Shown: positions 29,521 to 39,822 of the stretch, in pieces | Layout: each line of letters opens with the position of its first letter | Numbering within the stretch: the first letter of the stretch is position 1 | Source: an uncultured virus (IMG/VR IMGVR_UViG_3300042336_000327) | Taxonomy: Duplodnaviria > Heunggongvirae > Uroviricota > Caudoviricetes | IMG/VR virus record: IMGVR_UViG_3300042336_000327 | Location: 1-64,000 of that record | Length of the DNA stretch: 64,000 nucleotides | Reading direction: 5' to 3' (one strand) | The notes under the pieces: generated by a model | Seen by the model: the letters and a program-made list of their open reading frames with translations, nothing else | Told to the model about the DNA's origin: nothing | The model's database searches: none | Program-made: the position numbers and the translations under genes

Positions 29521-31215
29521 ATGAGTGAAGTTTATCTTGGTAATCCTAATCTAAAAAAAGCAAATACACAAATTGAATTTACCGAAGAACAAATTATTGA
29601 GTTCTTAAAGTGTAAAGAAAATCCTGTTTATTTTGCCAGAAATTATATTAAAATTGTTTCTCTGGATCACGGTCTTGTGCCATTTAAGATGTATCCGTTT
29701 CAAGAAAAATTAATTGATAATTTCCACAAGAACAGATTTAATATTTGTAAGATGCCCCGCCAGACGGGTAAATCTACGACTTGTGTTTCATATTTGTTAC
29801 ATTATGCAGTATTCAACGATAATGTTAATATAGCTATTCTAGCGAACAAAGCATCTACAGCAAGAGACTTACTTCAAAGATTACAACTTGCTTATGAAAA
29901 CTTACCTAAATGGATGCAACAGGGTATCATATCATGGAATAAAGGATCTTTAGAACTAGAAAATGGCTCCAAGATTTCGGCTAACTCTACTTCTTCATCT
30001 GCTGTCCGAGGCGGATCCTATAATATCATCTTTCTTGACGAGTTCGCTTTCATCCCGAATCACATTGCTGATGACTTCTTTGCCTCTGTTTATCCTACTA
30101 TTTCTTCTGGACAAAGCACAAAGGTAATTATTGTTTCTACACCACGCGGTATGAATCACTTCTACCGTATGTGGCATGACTCTGAACGCGGTAGAAATGA
30201 ATATGTGCCAACAGACGTTCATTGGTCCGAAGTACCTGGTAGAGACGCTGTATGGAAAGAGCAGACGATTGCTAACACCTCAGAACAACAGTTTAAAGTT
30301 GAGTTCGAGTGTGAATTCTTAGGATCTGTTGATACTCTAGTTAATCCAAGTAAGTTAAAAACTTTAGTATATAATGACCCAATAAAAAGAAATAAAGGTC
30401 TTGATATCTATGAAGAACCAATAGAAGAGCACAACTATTTAATGACTGTCGATGTGGCTCGTGGAATTGGCAATGACTATTCTGCATTTGTAATCTTTGA
30501 TATTACAGAGTTTCCTTATCGAGTTGTTGGTAAGTATAAAAATAATGAAATCAAACCAATGCTATTTCCAAGTATCATACATGAAGTAGCAAAAGGTTAT
30601 AATGATTCTTGGGTTTTAATTGAAGTAAATGATATTGGGGACCAAGTATCAAATATTCTTCACTTTGATTTAGAATATGACAACATTCTTATGTGCTCTA
30701 TGAGAGGTAGGGCGGGACAGATTGTTGGTTCGGGATTTAGTGGCAAGAAATCTCAGCTGGGAGTTCGAATGACTGCATCCGTTAAAAAATTAGGATGCTC
30801 CAACTTGAAAACTCTTATTGAAGATGATAAGTTGATGATTTATGATTATGATGTTATTTCAGAATTGACAACATTTATACAAAAAAATAGATCGTTCGAA
30901 GCAGAAGAAGGTTGCAATGATGACTTAGCAATGTGTTTGGTTATTTTTGCATGGCTTGTTGCTCAAGACTATTTTAAAGAGATGACAGACAATGATATAA
31001 GAAAAAGAATTTATGAGGAGCAAAAAAATCAGATAGAACAAGATATGTCACCATTTGGATTTCTTTCAGATGGTTTAGATGATATGGAAAGTATTATTGA
31101 TCAAGATACTGGTGATCGTTGGATGATTGCAAGCAAATCAAATAGACAGGAAACTTTGGAAATATGGAATGTTGATGAATATGGGGATAGGTCCTACATG
31201 TGGGACTACATGTGA
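29521..31215 (+). CDS. gp17: Terminase large subunit gp17
   Basis: YLGNPNLK, Walker A PRQTGKST, Walker B IIFLDEFAF, STPRG, nuclease VDVARG...DYS and NDDLAM. Confidence 0.97.
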   Translation: MSEVYLGNPNLKKANTQIEFTEEQIIEFLKCKENPVYFARNYIKIVSLDHGLVPFKMYPFQEKLIDNFHKNRFNICKMPRQTGKSTTCVSYLLHYAVFNDNVNIAILANKASTARDLLQRLQLAYENLPKWMQQGIISWNKGSLELENGSKISANSTSSSAVRGGSYNIIFLDEFAFIPNHIADDFFASVYPTISSGQSTKVIIVSTPRGMNHFYRMWHDSERGRNEYVPTDVHWSEVPGRDAVWKEQTIANTSEQQFKVEFECEFLGSVDTLVNPSKLKTLVYNDPIKRNKGLDIYEEPIEEHNYLMTVDVARGIGNDYSAFVIFDITEFPYRVVGKYKNNEIKPMLFPSIIHEVAKGYNDSWVLIEVNDIGDQVSNILHFDLEYDNILMCSMRGRAGQIVGSGFSGKKSQLGVRMTASVKKLGCSNLKTLIEDDKLMIYDYDVISELTTFIQKNRSFEAEEGCNDDLAMCLVIFAWLVAQDYFKEMTDNDIRKRIYEEQKNQIEQDMSPFGFLSDGLDDMESIIDQDTGDRWMIASKSNRQETLEIWNVDEYGDRSYMWDYM

Positions 31216-31445
31216 TGGATTTAGATAAGGAGATAGAATTAGAACATTTATTATTTTTCGATAGGAGATGTAGAGTTTGTGGAAAAGTTAAAAATTTATT
31301 AGAAGACTTTTACTTAACTCGCAAGGATAGAGGTTCTTTTCCATCTGCATATTCTTATGAATGCAAAGAATGTACTGTTAAGAGGACTACAGAAACTAGA
31401 AAGAGACCAAGGGGAATAATAAAGTGGGAATATCCTGACTGGTGA
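31215..31445 (+). CDS. Small zinc-finger protein (CxxC...CxxC)
   Basis: The ATG overlaps the gp17 stop (TGATG); CRVC and CKEC; ends WEYPDW. Confidence 0.7.
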   Translation: MDLDKEIELEHLLFFDRRCRVCGKVKNLLEDFYLTRKDRGSFPSAYSYECKECTVKRTTETRKRPRGIIKWEYPDW

Positions 31446-31486
31446 TCATACTCATGCATGGCTTCCCCATTCAAAATAGACTTTTT

Positions 31487-31494
31487 AATAAATA
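31487..31494 (+). promoter_or_regulatory. Late promoter (AATAAATA)
   Basis: Upstream of gp18, followed by a GGAG SD-like sequence. Confidence 0.65.
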
Positions 31495-31529
31495 ATTTCA
31501 GATAATTCTGGATAGCACGGAGAATAAAG

Positions 31530-33701
31530 ATGCCTATAAATTTAGCATCTCCTGGAATTGTAGTAAGAGAGGTTGATCTTACTAATGGAAGGATAGACCC
31601 AACCTCTGATAAAGTTGGTGCTATTGTTGCACCTTTTGCCAAAGGCCCTGTTAATTTGCCAACACTAATTCAAAATGAGCAGGAGCTACTCAATGTTTTT
31701 GGTAAGCCATATACAATTGATAAGCACTATGAGCAGTGGCTAACTGCTTCATCTTATTTGGCATATGGTGGAGCCCTAAGAGTTGTAAGAGCATCAGGAA
31801 CATCTTTAACTAATGCTCTAGCAGGAGCAGCAACTAGCGTTACAATTAATAGTCTTGACGACTATACAAATAAGCAATATGATGAGAATGTCATTCCCAA
31901 TGTAACTGTGGTAGCTAAAAACCCAGGTTCATGGGGAAATGGTCTAAAGGTTGCACTTATCGACTCAAGAGCAGACCAAATTCTGACAGGAATTAGCACT
32001 GCAGGTCTTGCAGTTGGTTACGGAGTAACTCAAGGTCTTGATGGTAAAACCGATATTGGTGCTGGTACAACTTCTTCATTAACTGGATTTACGTTAAGAG
32101 GGGTTGTTACTGGAATTGGACAAAGTACCGTTAGCGTTAAGATTCAGAGCAAAGTCTCATCCACATCAGTTGTAACACCAATAGATTATACTCCAAGCGG
32201 AGTTTATGCATTTAATGCAACAGGATCGGTTGGTTTCCACACAAATGGTTCGTCCGTCGCATATGCATCATCCTCTTATAGTGGAGTCTCAGATTGGTTC
32301 GACAATCAAAATATTGTAATTTCTTCTGCTGGAATTACAACTGTAACAATTGCATGGAATTCAATTGCAAGCAGACCTGGTACAACTGCATATGCAGAAA
32401 CTAGAAATGCAAGACATGATGAAATTCATGTGGTTGTAATTGATGGTACTGGAGAAGTTACTGGCACTGTTGGGACAATTCTTGAGAAGCATCTTTCACT
32501 TTCCAAAGCAAAAGATGCAGAGTTCTCTGTAGGTTCTCCATCATATTGGAGAGGATATCTTGCAGATAACTCAGCATATATCTTTGGTGGTTCCCAACCT
32601 GCTGGAATCGTTACAACTGGATTCAGCAGTGGATTTACTCTACAATCAGATAATGCATGGGACCAAGAAGCTGAGGGTATTATTTTCTCAGCAACTGGAA
32701 ATAACACATTAACTCTTGAAAAAGGATATAACTATGACTATAGCAGTGGAATTGCAACGACAGGTGCTTTAAGTTCTTCGATTGCAGATATCAGTGGTGG
32801 ATATGATTTATTTGAAAATACTGAGGAATATAATATTAATTTCCTAATCATGGGTTCAGCTGGATATGGAAAAGAAAACGCACAAGCATTAGCAAACAAA
32901 CTAATTTCTGTTGCTGAAATTAGAAAAGATGCCATTGCATTCATCTCACCATATAGGGGTGCATTCCTTACAGAAACTGCAGTTGGAAGTGCTACTGTAA
33001 ATTCTGCTTCAACAATTACAGATAATGTACTTAGTTTCTACGCTCCACTGACTTCTTCATCATATGCTGTATTTGATAGTGGATATAAGTACATGTTTGA
33101 TAGATTTAATAATACATTTAGATATGTTCCACTAAATGGAGACATGGCTGGACTCTGCGCCAGAAATGATATCAACAATTTCCCATGGTTCTCACCAGCG
33201 GGTACTTCTAGAGGAACTATCCTGAATGCTATTAAACTAGCATATAATCCATCTAAGGCACAGAGAGATCGTCTCTACTCTGCAAGAATTAATCCAGTAA
33301 TCTTCTCACCTGGTTCTGGAATCATTCTCTTTGGTGATAAGACTGCTCTCGCAAGAGCATCTGCATTTGATAGAATCAATGTTCGCAGACTATTCCTCTA
33401 TCTGGAAGATGCAATCTCAGCAGCTGCTAGAGATCAACTTTTTGAATTCAACGATGAAATTACAAGAACTAACTTTGTAAATATTGTTGAACCATTCCTT
33501 CGTGATGTTCAAGCCAAGAGAGGAATCTTTGATTATGTTGTTGTTTGTGACGAAACAAACAACACTGCCGCTGTCATTGATGCAAATGAGTTTGTTGCTG
33601 ATATATACATCAAACCTGCTCGTTCTATCAATTTCATCGGACTAACTTTTGTTGCCACCAGAACTGGTGTTGCTTTTGAAGAAGTAATCGGTACTGTTTA
33701 A
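31530..33701 (+). CDS. gp18: Tail sheath protein gp18
   Basis: LASPGIVVREVDLT, FAKGPV, PWFSPAG..RG, GDKT, FDRINVRRLF and KPARSINFI motifs. Confidence 0.97.
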   Translation: MPINLASPGIVVREVDLTNGRIDPTSDKVGAIVAPFAKGPVNLPTLIQNEQELLNVFGKPYTIDKHYEQWLTASSYLAYGGALRVVRASGTSLTNALAGAATSVTINSLDDYTNKQYDENVIPNVTVVAKNPGSWGNGLKVALIDSRADQILTGISTAGLAVGYGVTQGLDGKTDIGAGTTSSLTGFTLRGVVTGIGQSTVSVKIQSKVSSTSVVTPIDYTPSGVYAFNATGSVGFHTNGSSVAYASSSYSGVSDWFDNQNIVISSAGITTVTIAWNSIASRPGTTAYAETRNARHDEIHVVVIDGTGEVTGTVGTILEKHLSLSKAKDAEFSVGSPSYWRGYLADNSAYIFGGSQPAGIVTTGFSSGFTLQSDNAWDQEAEGIIFSATGNNTLTLEKGYNYDYSSGIATTGALSSSIADISGGYDLFENTEEYNINFLIMGSAGYGKENAQALANKLISVAEIRKDAIAFISPYRGAFLTETAVGSATVNSASTITDNVLSFYAPLTSSSYAVFDSGYKYMFDRFNNTFRYVPLNGDMAGLCARNDINNFPWFSPAGTSRGTILNAIKLAYNPSKAQRDRLYSARINPVIFSPGSGIILFGDKTALARASAFDRINVRRLFLYLEDAISAAARDQLFEFNDEITRTNFVNIVEPFLRDVQAKRGIFDYVVVCDETNNTAAVIDANEFVADIYIKPARSINFIGLTFVATRTGVAFEEVIGTV

Positions 33702-33723
33702 TTAACTTAGAGGTTTTAAAACT

Positions 33724-34314
33724 ATGGCTACCAGAACCCAATTAAATCCACCCCCATTAAGAAAGATTACCGACTTCAAGAGTAAGCTGACTGGTGGTGG
33801 TGCTAGAAGCAACCTGTTTGAGGTTGTACTTTCATTCCCAGATATTGCTCCAGCAAGTTCAGAAGTTCTTGATAAAGCAAGATTCTTAGTTAAAGCAGCA
33901 AACTTACCTGCTTCGAACATTTCGGATGTGACCGTTCCATTTAGAGGTCGTGTTCTTCATGTTGCTGGCGACAGAACCTTTGATAGTTGGACAATCACCG
34001 TTATCAACGATACTGATTTTGCAATTCGTTCGGCATTTGAGAAGTGGATGAATTCAATCAACAGAGTATCTGATAACACTGGTTCAACTGATCCTGCATC
34101 TTATCAAGCAGATGCATTTGTCTATCAGTTAGATCGTAGTGGAGAAACTCTGAGAGCATATCATTTCTATGATATCTTCCCAACTAATATTGCTCCAATT
34201 AACCTTTCGTATGATACTGAGGGCATTCAGGAATTCACAGTTGAGATGCAAGTGCATTGGTGGGAAGCTATCAAGGGTAATGCTCCTCAAGCGGGTGGAG
34301 AAAACATCAACTAA
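33724..34314 (+). CDS. gp19: Tail tube protein gp19
   Basis: GGGARSNLFEV, VPFRGR.L.VAGDRTFDSWTITVIND and IQEFTVE motifs. Confidence 0.96.
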   Translation: MATRTQLNPPPLRKITDFKSKLTGGGARSNLFEVVLSFPDIAPASSEVLDKARFLVKAANLPASNISDVTVPFRGRVLHVAGDRTFDSWTITVINDTDFAIRSAFEKWMNSINRVSDNTGSTDPASYQADAFVYQLDRSGETLRAYHFYDIFPTNIAPINLSYDTEGIQEFTVEMQVHWWEAIKGNAPQAGGENIN

Positions 34315-34317
34315 ATA
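34310..34317 (+). promoter_or_regulatory. Late promoter variant (ACTAAATA)
   Basis: Overlaps the gp19 stop, 30 nt before the gp20 ATG. Confidence 0.5.
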
Positions 34318-34347
34318 ATAGAATAATAGATAAATTCAAGTTATAAA

Positions 34348-36036
34348 ATGGCGAAACTTTTTGGTTTTTCGATTGAAGATTCAGAACAAAAATCCAAATC
34401 CATAGCATCCCCCGTCCCCCCTAATAATGAGGACGGGGTTGATTTCTATCTCCAATCTGGATTTTATGGTCAGTATGTTGATATAGAAGGGGTATATAGA
34501 ACTGAGTTTGATTTAATCAAAAGATATCGTGAAATGGCTTTACACCCAGAATGTGATAAAGCCATTGAAGATGTTGTAAATGAAGCAATCGTTAGCGATT
34601 TGTATGATTCCCCTGTAGAGATTGAACTTTCAAATTTGAATGCTAGTGATAGATTAAAATCTGCAATTAGAGAAGAGTTTAAATATATCAAAGAAATTTT
34701 AGACTTTGACAAAAAATGTCACGAAATTTTTAGAAATTGGTATGTTGATGGAAGAATTTTTTATCTAAAGGTTATTGATCTTAAAAATCCAACAGATGGC
34801 ATCAAGGAATTAAGATACATTGACCCACTAAAAATTAAGCACATTAGACAAGAAAAGAAAAGAGATCCAAATAAACTTCAAACTGCCAATCTTAATTATA
34901 CTAAAGAAAGTATTACTTATCCTGAAATCGAAGAGTATTTTGTATATACTCAAGATAGTATGAAAGGTCCTGGTGGATTTTCAGGATTCACTGGACAAAA
35001 AGGTACAATCAAAATTGCAAAAGATTCAATTACATATTGTACTTCTGGATTAATCGATAGAAATAAAAGTACAGTTCTTTCATATCTACATAAGGCAATC
35101 AAAGCACTCAATCAACTAAGAATGATTGAGGACTCTTTGGTTATCTATAGATTATCTCGTGCTCCAGAACGCAGAATTTTCTACATCGATGTTGGTAATC
35201 TTCCAAAGGTAAAGGCAGAGCAATACCTTAAAGATGTGATGATGCGTTATAGAAATAAAATGGTCTATGATGCAAATACAGGTGAGATTCGTGATGATAA
35301 AAAAATGATGTCCATGCTTGAAGACTTTTGGCTTCCAAGAAGAGAGGGTGGTCGTGGTACAGAAATCACAACTCTTCCTGGCGGGCAAAATCTTGGAGAA
35401 CTTTCTGACATTGAATATTTCCAAAAGAAATTGTATCGTTCATTAGGTGTTCCAGAATCAAGACTACCTGGCGGTGGGGATGGATTCAATCTTGGTCGTT
35501 CATCAGAGATTCTCAGAGATGAACTCAATTTCTCTAAATTTGTAGGAAGACTTAGAAAAAGATTTGCAAATTTATTCAATGATTTATTGAAGACGCAATT
35601 GATTCTCAAGAACATTATTGCAGCAGAAGATTGGGAAAAAATCAGTGATCATATTCAGTATGACTTTTTATATGATAATCAGTTTGCTGAACTTAAAGAA
35701 GCAGAACTTATTCAAAATAGACTTGGCATTCTTGCAACAGTAGAACCTTACATTGGTAAGTATTACTCAACAGAATATGTAAGAAAAAGAATTCTTCGCC
35801 AAACTGATTCTGAAATTATTGAGATTGATGAGCAAATTGAGGATGAAATTAAAAAAGGAATTCTTCCAGACCCATCTCAAGTTGATCCAATTACTGGAGA
35901 ACCTCTACCTCAACAACCTGCAGGTGGAGATCAAATAAATGGTCAAATGGGAGAAGTTCCAATTGAACCGCCAGCTCCAAGTGGTGATGCAACTGAAGCA
36001 GGGGTTTTACCAGAACCAAAAGGCGGGAAGATCTAA
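34348..36036 (+). CDS. gp20: Portal vertex protein gp20
   Basis: MAKLFGF, WYVDGR, RAPERRIFYIDVGNLP and EDFWLPRREGGRGTEITTLPGGQNLG motifs. Confidence 0.98.
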   Translation: MAKLFGFSIEDSEQKSKSIASPVPPNNEDGVDFYLQSGFYGQYVDIEGVYRTEFDLIKRYREMALHPECDKAIEDVVNEAIVSDLYDSPVEIELSNLNASDRLKSAIREEFKYIKEILDFDKKCHEIFRNWYVDGRIFYLKVIDLKNPTDGIKELRYIDPLKIKHIRQEKKRDPNKLQTANLNYTKESITYPEIEEYFVYTQDSMKGPGGFSGFTGQKGTIKIAKDSITYCTSGLIDRNKSTVLSYLHKAIKALNQLRMIEDSLVIYRLSRAPERRIFYIDVGNLPKVKAEQYLKDVMMRYRNKMVYDANTGEIRDDKKMMSMLEDFWLPRREGGRGTEITTLPGGQNLGELSDIEYFQKKLYRSLGVPESRLPGGGDGFNLGRSSEILRDELNFSKFVGRLRKRFANLFNDLLKTQLILKNIIAAEDWEKISDHIQYDFLYDNQFAELKEAELIQNRLGILATVEPYIGKYYSTEYVRKRILRQTDSEIIEIDEQIEDEIKKGILPDPSQVDPITGEPLPQQPAGGDQINGQMGEVPIEPPAPSGDATEAGVLPEPKGGKI

Positions 36037-36038
36037 AA

Positions 36039-36046
36039 TATAAATA
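36039..36046 (+). promoter_or_regulatory. T4-type late promoter (TATAAATA)
   Basis: Exact consensus between gp20 and the small core gene. Confidence 0.75.
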
Positions 36047-36068
36047 ATCATATTACTATATTAAAAAA

Positions 36069-36242
36069 ATGGAAGACCTTATTAACATGGTAGTGTCTGA
36101 TGCTTCCCCCTCAGATATTTCAGCACAAATTAAAGATGCACTTTTTGCAAAAGCTGGGGAAAAGATTGAAGCACTTCGCCCAGAAGTAGCTAACTCTTTA
36201 TTCAGTATGGAAGAAGTAGATTCAGAAGAGGAAAAAGCATAA
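36069..36242 (+). CDS. Small acidic prohead core protein (gp67-like position); not in the ORF track
   Basis: My translation: MEDLINMVVSDASPSDISAQIKDALFAKAGEKIEALRPEVANSLFSMEEVDSEEEKA* (57 aa); follows a late promoter and is TAATG-coupled to the next ORF. Confidence 0.75.
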   Translation: MEDLINMVVSDASPSDISAQIKDALFAKAGEKIEALRPEVANSLFSMEEVDSEEEKA

Positions 36243-36505
36243 TGCTTACCAAAATCGTTGCAACAGAAGTAACAACACCAACGACAGCAGGGGCTGCATC
36301 AAGTATCAGTGATGCAACTTGCGTTCGTTTGTATAACAATACTGCAGGAATTGTGACAGTTGGAATTAGTACCTTAGTTGGTGCTGCATCAACAAATTAT
36401 TTTGCAATGCCAGGGGGATCTGTTGAGTTTTTAGCAAAACCACCTTCTGATGTTATTTGGTCTAGCAGTGCAATTAAAGCAAATAAAGTAGCATTTACAA
36501 ACTAA
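36242..36505 (+). CDS. Hypothetical protein between portal and prohead protease
   Basis: 87-aa ORF tightly coupled on both sides. Confidence 0.7.
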   Translation: MLTKIVATEVTTPTTAGAASSISDATCVRLYNNTAGIVTVGISTLVGAASTNYFAMPGGSVEFLAKPPSDVIWSSSAIKANKVAFTN

Positions 36506-36506
36506 A

Positions 36507-37157
36507 ATGAAACTCATCACAGAAGAAGTACAACAGGTAAAATTCATCACCGAAGGAAAAGGTGCTGAAAAGAAAATGTATATTGAGGGTATTTTCCTTC
36601 AAGGTGATATTTGCAATCGCAATGGAAGAATGTATCCAATGGCAACTCTTTCAAGAGAAGTCGAAAGATATAATGAAGCCTTTGTTGCTAAAGGTCGTGC
36701 TTTAGGAGAACTTGGCCATCCTGATGGTCCTACCGTCAATCTTGACCGTGTTTCTCATAAGATTGTTTCTCTTGAGCAAAAGGGAACTAATTTTATTGGT
36801 AAGGCACAACTCCTAGAAACTCCAATGGGTAAGATTGCAAAGTCCCTCATTGGTGAAGGTGTTTGTCTCGGCGTTTCTTCTCGTGGTGTTGGTTCATTAA
36901 AAATGACCAACGAAGGTCACAAAATTGTTGGCGAAGATTTCATGCTTGCAACTGCGGCAGATATCGTTGCCGACCCTTCTGCTCCTGATGCTTTTGTTCA
37001 GGGAATTATGGAAGGTAAAGAGTGGGTTTGGGAAGGTGGAATTCTTCGTGAAAGACTTGCCGAACAAACTCAGAAAAGAATCAACACTCTTGTTGATGAA
37101 AAAAGACTCCAGGAAAACAAAATTGAATTGTTCCAGGAATTTCTTTCAAATCTATAA
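36507..37157 (+). CDS. gp21: Prohead protease gp21
   Basis: MKLITE, IEGIFLQ..NRNGR.YP, ALGELGHP, GVSSRG.GS and DIVADPSAPDAFV motifs. Confidence 0.97.
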   Translation: MKLITEEVQQVKFITEGKGAEKKMYIEGIFLQGDICNRNGRMYPMATLSREVERYNEAFVAKGRALGELGHPDGPTVNLDRVSHKIVSLEQKGTNFIGKAQLLETPMGKIAKSLIGEGVCLGVSSRGVGSLKMTNEGHKIVGEDFMLATAADIVADPSAPDAFVQGIMEGKEWVWEGGILRERLAEQTQKRINTLVDEKRLQENKIELFQEFLSNL

Positions 37158-37159
37158 TT

Positions 37160-37167
37160 TATAAATA
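37160..37167 (+). promoter_or_regulatory. T4-type late promoter (TATAAATA)
   Basis: Exact consensus upstream of gp22/gp23. Confidence 0.75.
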
Positions 37168-37197
37168 AATATAGATTATATCCAAATATCTAAACAA

Positions 37198-38304
37198 ATG
37201 TCCGTTGGTAGCAATTTACAAGAAATGGAAAACGTAGTAACCAAAGGAGCCGCCCCCGCCGAACCAATGCCAAAGCTAACCACAGGTATTGCACCTGGGC
37301 AAACTGGCAATTGGGAAGATTTAGGTGGCCCTACCCCAGATAACTATCGTGCAGACGACGATTCAGCAAAACTTGCTGAACCAAGAGTCAAAACTGTTCA
37401 TGATATCGTTAATCGTGGTGCTAAGCCTGCTGAGCCTATGAAGGCGATGAAGGAAGAAGCAGAAGATGAGGAAGATGCTGAAGTAGTTGAAGCAGAAGCA
37501 GAAACCGAAGTCGAAGCTGAAGGTGAGTCTGAAGAGGCTGCTGAAGAAGTTGTTGAAGAAGAAACCGAAGAAGAGTATGACATTGAAGAGGATGTCAATG
37601 CCCTTCTTGCTGGTGAAGAGCTTTCTGAGGAATTCCAAGAGAAAGCACGTACAATCTTCGAAGCTGCAATCAAGGCAAAAGTTGCCACGGTCAAAGAAGA
37701 GATGCAAGCAGCATATGAAGCTGCTATCGTAGAAGAGATCGAAGAAATCAAAGTATCACTCACTGAAAGAGTTGATGCTTACCTAGAGTATGTTGCTGAC
37801 GAGTGGATTAAAGAAAATCAACTCGCAGTTGAGCACGGTCTGAAGACCGAAATGACTGAATCATTCCTCACTGGAATGAAGAGTCTTTTTGAAGATCATT
37901 ATGTAACAATCCCTGAAGATAAATATGATGTTTTAGAGAGTATGGTAGATAAACTAGATGAAATGGAGTCTAAACTCAACGAGCAAATCGAAAAGAATGT
38001 TGCTCTTAATAGAAGATTAGCCGAGTCAGTTGCTGATGTAATCTTTGCAGATGTCGCTGAAGGTCTTGCACTTTCTCAGAAGGACAAGCTCGCTTCTCTT
38101 GCCGAAAATGTTGAGTTTGATAGTGAAGATACCTATCGTGAGAAACTAGTAACCCTGAGGGAATCATACTTCCCATCAAATGCTGGTGCTCAAAAAGACG
38201 ATTCTGACCACATTACTGAAGAAACCATTACTGAAGAGACTCAATCAGTTTCGACAATGATGGAAGCTTATCTTCAGACTCTTGGTAGAGTCGCTAAAAA
38301 GTGA
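37198..38304 (+). CDS. gp22: Prohead core scaffold gp22
   Basis: Acidic; LSEEF.EKA.TIFEAA, YLEYVADEW..EN.LA and LRESYF motifs; lies between gp21 and gp23. Confidence 0.93.
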   Translation: MSVGSNLQEMENVVTKGAAPAEPMPKLTTGIAPGQTGNWEDLGGPTPDNYRADDDSAKLAEPRVKTVHDIVNRGAKPAEPMKAMKEEAEDEEDAEVVEAEAETEVEAEGESEEAAEEVVEEETEEEYDIEEDVNALLAGEELSEEFQEKARTIFEAAIKAKVATVKEEMQAAYEAAIVEEIEEIKVSLTERVDAYLEYVADEWIKENQLAVEHGLKTEMTESFLTGMKSLFEDHYVTIPEDKYDVLESMVDKLDEMESKLNEQIEKNVALNRRLAESVADVIFADVAEGLALSQKDKLASLAENVEFDSEDTYREKLVTLRESYFPSNAGAQKDDSDHITEETITEETQSVSTMMEAYLQTLGRVAKK

Positions 38305-38353
38305 TTTTTAGATAATACCAGTCAAACTTAAACTTCAAAAGAGGTAAACCCCC

Positions 38354-39775
38354 ATGCAAATGTTCAATGCAGAACAATTGCAGGAGAAGTGGAGTCCAGT
38401 TCTCGATTACGAAGGTCTTGATCCAATCAAAGATTCTCATCGTAGAGCTGTTACCGCTATCCTGCTAGAGAACCAAGAGACCGCTCTCCGCGAAGAGCGT
38501 CAGTTTCTCTATGAAGCTCCAACCGTAAACACCTTCTCAAGCACTGGTAATGCTGGTTTTGGTGGTGCTGCTTCTTCACCTGTCGCAGGTTTCGACCCTG
38601 TTCTGATCTCCCTAATCAGACGTTCAATGCCTAACCTGGTCGCTTATGACCTCGCAGGCGTTCAACCAATGAACGGTCCTACTGGACTCATCTTCGCAAT
38701 GCGTTCCAAGTACGGAACCATGGATGCTGCTGCTAACGGCGAAGCATTCTTCGACGAAGCAAATACCGCATATTCAGGTCAGAACGACGGATTCGATCTT
38801 GAGTCTGGTCTTTATGTTGCTGGTTCTGACGGTGCTTCCGTTGGTTTCGGTACTACCGCTGGTCACGCAAGTGCTGCTAACCCAGGTCTCCTGAACCCAG
38901 AAGGTTCACAAACCGCTACTACATATCCTGTTGGTCAGGGTATGCGTACCGATTATGCAGAAGACCTAGGTGATGGCTCTGGCGACCAGTTCAACCAGAT
39001 GGCATTCTCGATCGAGAAAGTCACCGTTACCGCTAAGTCAAGAGCTCTGAAAGCTGAGTACTCACTAGAACTCGCTCAAGACCTCAAGGCAATCCACGGT
39101 CTGAATGCTGAGGCTGAATTAGCAAACATTCTCTCAACTGAGATTCTTGCTGAAATCAACCGCGAAGTTATTCGTACCATCTACAAGATTGCTGAGTCTG
39201 GTGCTGCTGTTAATACTGCAACCGCTGGTACTTTCGACCTCGACGTTGACTCCAACGGTCGTTGGTCAGTTGAGAAGTTCAAGGGTCTGATCTTCCAGAT
39301 CGAGCGTGATGCAAACGCTATCGCCCAGAGAACTCGTCGTGGCAAGGGTAACATGATCCTCTGCTCTGCTGACGTTGCTTCGGCACTCACCATGGCAGGT
39401 GTTCTTGATTACACCCCTGCACTCAACGCTAACCTCAACGTTGATGACACTGGTAACACCTTCGCTGGTGTTCTCCAAGGCAAGTATCGTGTATATATTG
39501 ACCCATATTCGGCAAACGTATCTGCTAACCAGTACTACGTTGTCGGTTATAAGGGTTCTTCACCTTACGATGCTGGTCTGTTCTATTGCCCATATGTTCC
39601 TCTCCAAATGGTACGTGCCGTTGGTGAGAACACCTTCCAGCCTAAGATTGGCTTTAAGACCCGTTATGGTCTAGTTGCCAACCCATTCGCTGAGGGAACC
39701 ACTGCGGGTCTAGGACGCCTCAAGGCAAACGCAAACCGTTACTACAGAAGAGTAAAGGTAACCAACCTAATGTGA
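38354..39775 (+). CDS. gp23: Major capsid protein gp23
   Basis: KWSPVLD, AILLENQE, GVQPMNGPTGLIFAMR, KSRALKAEYS.ELAQDLKAIHG and FQPKIGFKTRYG; GAGGT SD at 38341. Confidence 0.99.
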   Translation: MQMFNAEQLQEKWSPVLDYEGLDPIKDSHRRAVTAILLENQETALREERQFLYEAPTVNTFSSTGNAGFGGAASSPVAGFDPVLISLIRRSMPNLVAYDLAGVQPMNGPTGLIFAMRSKYGTMDAAANGEAFFDEANTAYSGQNDGFDLESGLYVAGSDGASVGFGTTAGHASAANPGLLNPEGSQTATTYPVGQGMRTDYAEDLGDGSGDQFNQMAFSIEKVTVTAKSRALKAEYSLELAQDLKAIHGLNAEAELANILSTEILAEINREVIRTIYKIAESGAAVNTATAGTFDLDVDSNGRWSVEKFKGLIFQIERDANAIAQRTRRGKGNMILCSADVASALTMAGVLDYTPALNANLNVDDTGNTFAGVLQGKYRVYIDPYSANVSANQYYVVGYKGSSPYDAGLFYCPYVPLQMVRAVGENTFQPKIGFKTRYGLVANPFAEGTTAGLGRLKANANRYYRRVKVTNLM

Positions 39776-39795
39776 TCTCGATTCACATATCACTC

Positions 39796-39821
39796 AGAGG
39801 GTCGCAAGACCCTCTTTTTTT
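39796..39821 (+). terminator. Intrinsic terminator after gp23
   Basis: AGAGGGTC-GCAA-GACCCTCT, a perfect 8-bp stem with a GNRA loop, followed by a T run. Confidence 0.9.
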
Positions 39822-39822
39822 A

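Noticed and set aside
38211..38240. 15-bp tandem duplication CATTACTGAAGA(A/G)AC in gp22
   Set aside because: A short in-frame duplication (ITEET x2) in an acidic scaffold tail; at most an extra protease site.
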